In this document: in pieces, positions 61,607 to 64,000 of the stretch | How the letters are laid out: each line of letters opens with the position of its first letter | Position numbering within the stretch: the first letter of the stretch is position 1 | Program-made: the position numbers and the translations under genes | DNA from: a virus | IMG/VR virus record: IMGVR_UViG_3300016474_000049 | Location: 1-64,000 of that record | Length of the DNA: 64,000 nucleotides | Direction: 5' to 3' (one strand) | Notes under the pieces: model-generated | What the model was told of the DNA's origin: nothing | What the model saw: only the letters and a program-made list of their open reading frames with translations | The model's database searches: none

Positions 61607-61917
61607 GAATCAAGCACTTAGACTGCTAATGTAAGATGTAAGGCTTTTTTCGGGAAAATGCAGGGGTCTGAGGTTGCAAGCCTCTCAGCAAGCGTTATTT
61701 TCAACTGACTTAGCAGCAAGAAAAATCGTGCAACTCCTATATATATATGATATTTCTTTTACTTACATACATTAGAACATTTAACCTCTTGATTTCGTTG
61801 CAAAAAATCGCGTAAACCCACTTAGTTTTTTTATAACGATTCTCTTACAATGCGGGTTTTTTCTTACGCCCCTTTTACATTACCTTCTTACATTACAGTT
61901 TTGAGGTGCCTATACCT

Positions 61918-62056
61918 CTTACATTGTACTACACCTACCAACTCTCTTACTTTGTAGTACACCCACTAGAATCCTTACTTTGTAGTACACCCACTAGAAT
62001 CCTTACATTGTGATATACCCATTAAACCCTTACATTGTGGTATAATGTAACAACAA
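61918..62056 (+). repeat. five tandem ~28-bp direct repeats (CTTAC(A/T)TTGT...)
   Basis: Units start at 61918, 61946, 61974, 62002 and 62029. Units 2 and 3 are identical (CTTACTTTGTAGTACACCCACTAGAATC). The last unit carries the -10 box. Confidence 0.85.
62030..62050 (+). promoter_or_regulatory. extended -10 promoter TGgTATAAT embedded in an inverted repeat TTACATT-N7-AATGTAA
   Basis: TG at 62038-39 and TATAAT at 62041-46. Inverted-repeat arms at 62030-36 and 62044-50. Followed by AAGGAG and ATG at 62070. The -35 is poor (CCCATT). Confidence 0.55.
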
Positions 62057-62069
62057 GGAGCCCCCCAAC

Positions 62070-62153
62070 ATGCAAACCCTTATCGACTGGTTAATAGCTG
62101 CCACTTTCGGCATTGCCCTTGGCTGTGCCCTTTTCTTTGGTTTTTTCTTATGA
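62070..62153 (+). CDS. 27-aa hydrophobic peptide (MQTLIDWLIAATFGIALGCALFFGFFL)
   Basis: AAGGAG 9 nt upstream of the ATG. A single predicted TM segment. It is below the ORF-track size cut-off and I translated it by hand. Confidence 0.45.
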   Translation: MQTLIDWLIAATFGIALGCALFFGFFL

Positions 62154-62175
62154 AGTTTTCTTACGAGGTGCGAAT

Positions 62176-62388
62176 ATGATTAGATACATGCACTGCCGCG
62201 ACTGCGGCCAAGAGTTAGAAGATCCCCTGCATACACTTGCAGGGTTTTGTTGGGATTGCCGTGAAGATGCCGCACGCGAAGCGCGAAAGGGATGGTGCAT
62301 AGCACCCCTACACAAGAGCAACTACATGTTAATCACACAACGCTCAGACCTCGCAGGTCTAAACAACAAAGGAGGATTGGTGCGATGA
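62176..62388 (+). CDS. small zinc-ribbon protein (70 aa)
   Basis: GAGGTG RBS, ATG at 62176. CRDCG...CWDC. Confidence 0.55.
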   Translation: MIRYMHCRDCGQELEDPLHTLAGFCWDCREDAAREARKGWCIAPLHKSNYMLITQRSDLAGLNNKGGLVR

Positions 62389-62558
62389 AGATGAAAGAAC
62401 TGAGGGAATTGCTAGAAGATTACAGCGGCGACGCAGATGTGTGCGTCGTTATGTATGACAGCGAAAGATGTGTGAAAAGTTTCTACAAGATAGTCGAGTT
62501 GCAAGTGGTCGATTGGGGCACAGAGTTTGAATTAGTAGTGAAGGAGGGGTTGGTATGA
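62385..62558 (+). CDS. hypothetical small acidic protein (57 aa)
   Basis: ATGA overlap at 62385, GGAGGA RBS upstream. Confidence 0.5.
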   Translation: MKMKELRELLEDYSGDADVCVVMYDSERCVKSFYKIVELQVVDWGTEFELVVKEGLV

Positions 62559-62722
62559 AAGTCTGGATAGTTTGCGAAGAGGATGAAGAACAAACCCAAG
62601 CACCAACCCCGACAGGGGAGGTGTTCACCGATGAAGCCAAAGCGAAAGCTTTCGTTGAGGCAGTAAATGCTGATCCGAAAGTGTTGCTGTTCTTAACGTT
62701 AGTGGAAGGGGAATTGAAATGA
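62555..62722 (+). CDS. hypothetical small acidic protein (55 aa)
   Basis: ATGA overlaps at both ends, AAGGAGGGG upstream. Hand-translated as MKVWIVCEEDEEQTQ...LVEGELK. Confidence 0.5.
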   Translation: MKVWIVCEEDEEQTQAPTPTGEVFTDEAKAKAFVEAVNADPKVLLFLTLVEGELK

Positions 62723-62928
62723 GTGAGAACGACGAGGAGACAGGCAAGTGGGTAATCCTTAACTTCTTCCCGCATAGCCCAACAGATGTCTACGGCTTCT
62801 TTGATACCGATAAGGAAGCGTTGGACTACGCGATCAAACACAAGATGGACATGTATGGGAACAGTTTCGATATTCAAATGGTGCTCAATGCACATTACGT
62901 GGAACCAAGGAGAGAACCGTGGGAGTGA
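62719..62928 (+). CDS. hypothetical small acidic protein (69 aa)
   Basis: ATGA overlap at 62719, GGAAGGGG upstream. Confidence 0.5.
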   Translation: MSENDEETGKWVILNFFPHSPTDVYGFFDTDKEALDYAIKHKMDMYGNSFDIQMVLNAHYVEPRREPWE

Positions 62929-63104
62929 AGAAGTTTGAAGTGGAGTTTAAGAAAACAAGTTGGATGATTGTGACGGTTGAAGCCGAGAGCGAGGAGGATG
63001 CAGAGACCAAAGGCTTTGAACAGTTGGAAGCCGAGGGCATCTTAAAGGATGCCTGTTGGGACGTTGATGGAGTGTGGGAAGTACAAGAGAAGGAGCAAGC
63101 ATGA
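62919..63104 (+). CDS. hypothetical small acidic protein (about 60 aa)
   Basis: GTG start at 62919, or the GTGA-overlap start at 62925. AAGGAGAG upstream. Confidence 0.45.
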   Translation: MGVKKFEVEFKKTSWMIVTVEAESEEDAETKGFEQLEAEGILKDACWDVDGVWEVQEKEQA

Positions 63105-63325
63105 AAGAAGAATTTGATTTAGTCGTAGAGGTAACGATCACCTACTTAAAAACCATCCATGCAGATGACCAAGAAGAAGCGCAGGAGATTGCAGAAAACG
63201 AAGCAGTTGACATGGCCGAAGCAATCCAAGAGGAGTACGAGTTAGATGACTATGACCATGCGATAACAATTAAGAAACATCGAAACCCCCTATTACCAAG
63301 CACCAGATTAGCCAAGAGGAGGTAA
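63101..63325 (+). CDS. hypothetical small acidic protein (74 aa)
   Basis: ATGA overlap at 63101, GAAGGAG upstream (the track start at 63074 is GTG). Confidence 0.5.
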   Translation: MKEEFDLVVEVTITYLKTIHADDQEEAQEIAENEAVDMAEAIQEEYELDDYDHAITIKKHRNPLLPSTRLAKRR

Positions 63326-63330
63326 CAACT

Positions 63331-64000
63331 ATGCAAGAACAGCAAGTCAAACAGCAGCGCGAGATCTCACTGCAAGAAGCAGCAGATCTCATTGCCAACA
63401 TCCCAGACAATCGGTTCCTGCTACGTGGCGAGCCTGGGATCGGCAAGTCGTCTGTGCTTAACCTCTTAGAGTCTCACCCTCTGCTACCCGCAGATGAATA
63501 TGATTTTGTTTACGTAGACTGTGCATCCCTAGACCTTGGCGACACAGCAGCACCCATCCCCAACCGCGAGGAGCGAGTCCTCGAATACTTCCCCAACGGT
63601 ACCTTCAAACTACATACTGATAAGAAGGTAGTCATATGCCTTGATGAGTTCAGTAAGGGTGCACAACCTGTGCAGAACATGTTGCATCCCCTGCTCGAAG
63701 AAAACAAACCTCGCATGGCAGATAAGTTCCTCAAGAAGGGCAGTATCGTATTCCTCACAGGCAACCTATCCACAGACGGCGTAGGCGACAACATCAAAGC
63801 GCATACTGTGCAGAGGGTAACTGCCTGTGACGTGCGCAAACCCTCTGCCGATACGTGGCTACCTTGGGCTACTGCTAACAACATTGCACCAGAGATACGC
63901 TCGTGGGTATATGCCCATCCTGACTGTCTAGCTTCATACCGAGACCCTGGGCAGGAGAACAATCCATACCCATACAACCCACGCAAGCCCAACCTCTCGT
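63331..64000 (+). CDS. AAA+ ATPase (MoxR/CobS-like, AAA_5 type), 3'-truncated by the window edge
   Basis: GAGGAGG RBS, ATG at 63331. Walker A LLRGEPGIGKSS, Walker B VVICLDEF. The frame stays open to nt 64000. Not in the ORF track because there is no stop in the window. Confidence 0.8.
   Translation, partial: MQEQQVKQQREISLQEAADLIANIPDNRFLLRGEPGIGKSSVLNLLESHPLLPADEYDFVYVDCASLDLGDTAAPIPNREERVLEYFPNGTFKLHTDKKVVICLDEFSKGAQPVQNMLHPLLEENKPRMADKFLKKGSIVFLTGNLSTDGVGDNIKAHTVQRVTACDVRKPSADTWLPWATANNIAPEIRSWVYAHPDCLASYRDPGQENNPYPYNPRKPNLS

Noticed and set aside
61918-62056. CRISPR-like reading of the 28-bp tandem repeats
   Set aside because: The units abut each other with no spacers, and the last one is a promoter. 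This is a regulatory or iteron repeat, not a CRISPR array.
1-64000. tRNA, rRNA, integrase or lysogeny module
   Set aside because: I scanned the non-coding gaps (5325-6017, 14198-14253, 18803-18888, 51368-51457, 52061-52165, 60291-61030, 61550-62069) by eye for T-arm-like GGTTCGA(A/T)TCC and cloverleaf pairing and found none. No tyrosine or serine recombinase motifs appear in any ORF.

Overview
The window looks like a genome-scale piece of a tailed dsDNA phage with podovirus-like gene content. I see no tape-measure, sheath or tube set. A block of large Gly/Ala-rich putative internal/ejection proteins ends the late operon. Integrase, rRNA, tRNA and CRISPR are all absent, and I found no phage RNA polymerase motif.

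Architecture: there are two convergent transcription blocks.
- The + strand carries early and replication genes (61031..64000, continuing at 1..18802). These include an AAA+/vWA module, many ATGA-coupled small genes, a VRR-NUC nuclease, a family A DNA polymerase, a Cas4-like nuclease, an SNF2 helicase and a primase-polymerase/SF3 helicase.
- The - strand carries one tightly packed late block of about 41 kb (60290 down to 18889). Its order is: small and large terminase, portal, GroES-like protein, scaffold, capsid, a cluster of basic small proteins, neck proteins, a methyltransferase-DUF115 fusion, a large multi-fibre locus, a lysis cassette, tail proteins, and ejection proteins including a 2045-aa giant.
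- The blocks meet at a hairpin terminator (18863..18890) and diverge from a repeat-rich regulatory region (60291..62069).
- Three homing-endonuclease-like genes (one GIY-YIG, two paralogous HNH) interrupt the late block.

The most unusual, unexplained element is a 676-bp non-coding array at 5324..5999. It is extremely G+T-rich on the + strand, carries 14 phased GGCAGG boxes and fills one intergenic gap exactly. Other points of interest:
- a CTTAC-motif array with 28-bp tandem repeats around the early promoter
- a candidate structured RNA leader
- the methyltransferase-DUF115 fusion flanked by paralogs inside the virion module
- ADSV-tailed small proteins in the fibre locus
- an EF-hand pair in an internal virion protein

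All functional calls come from motifs read by eye. No database search was run.
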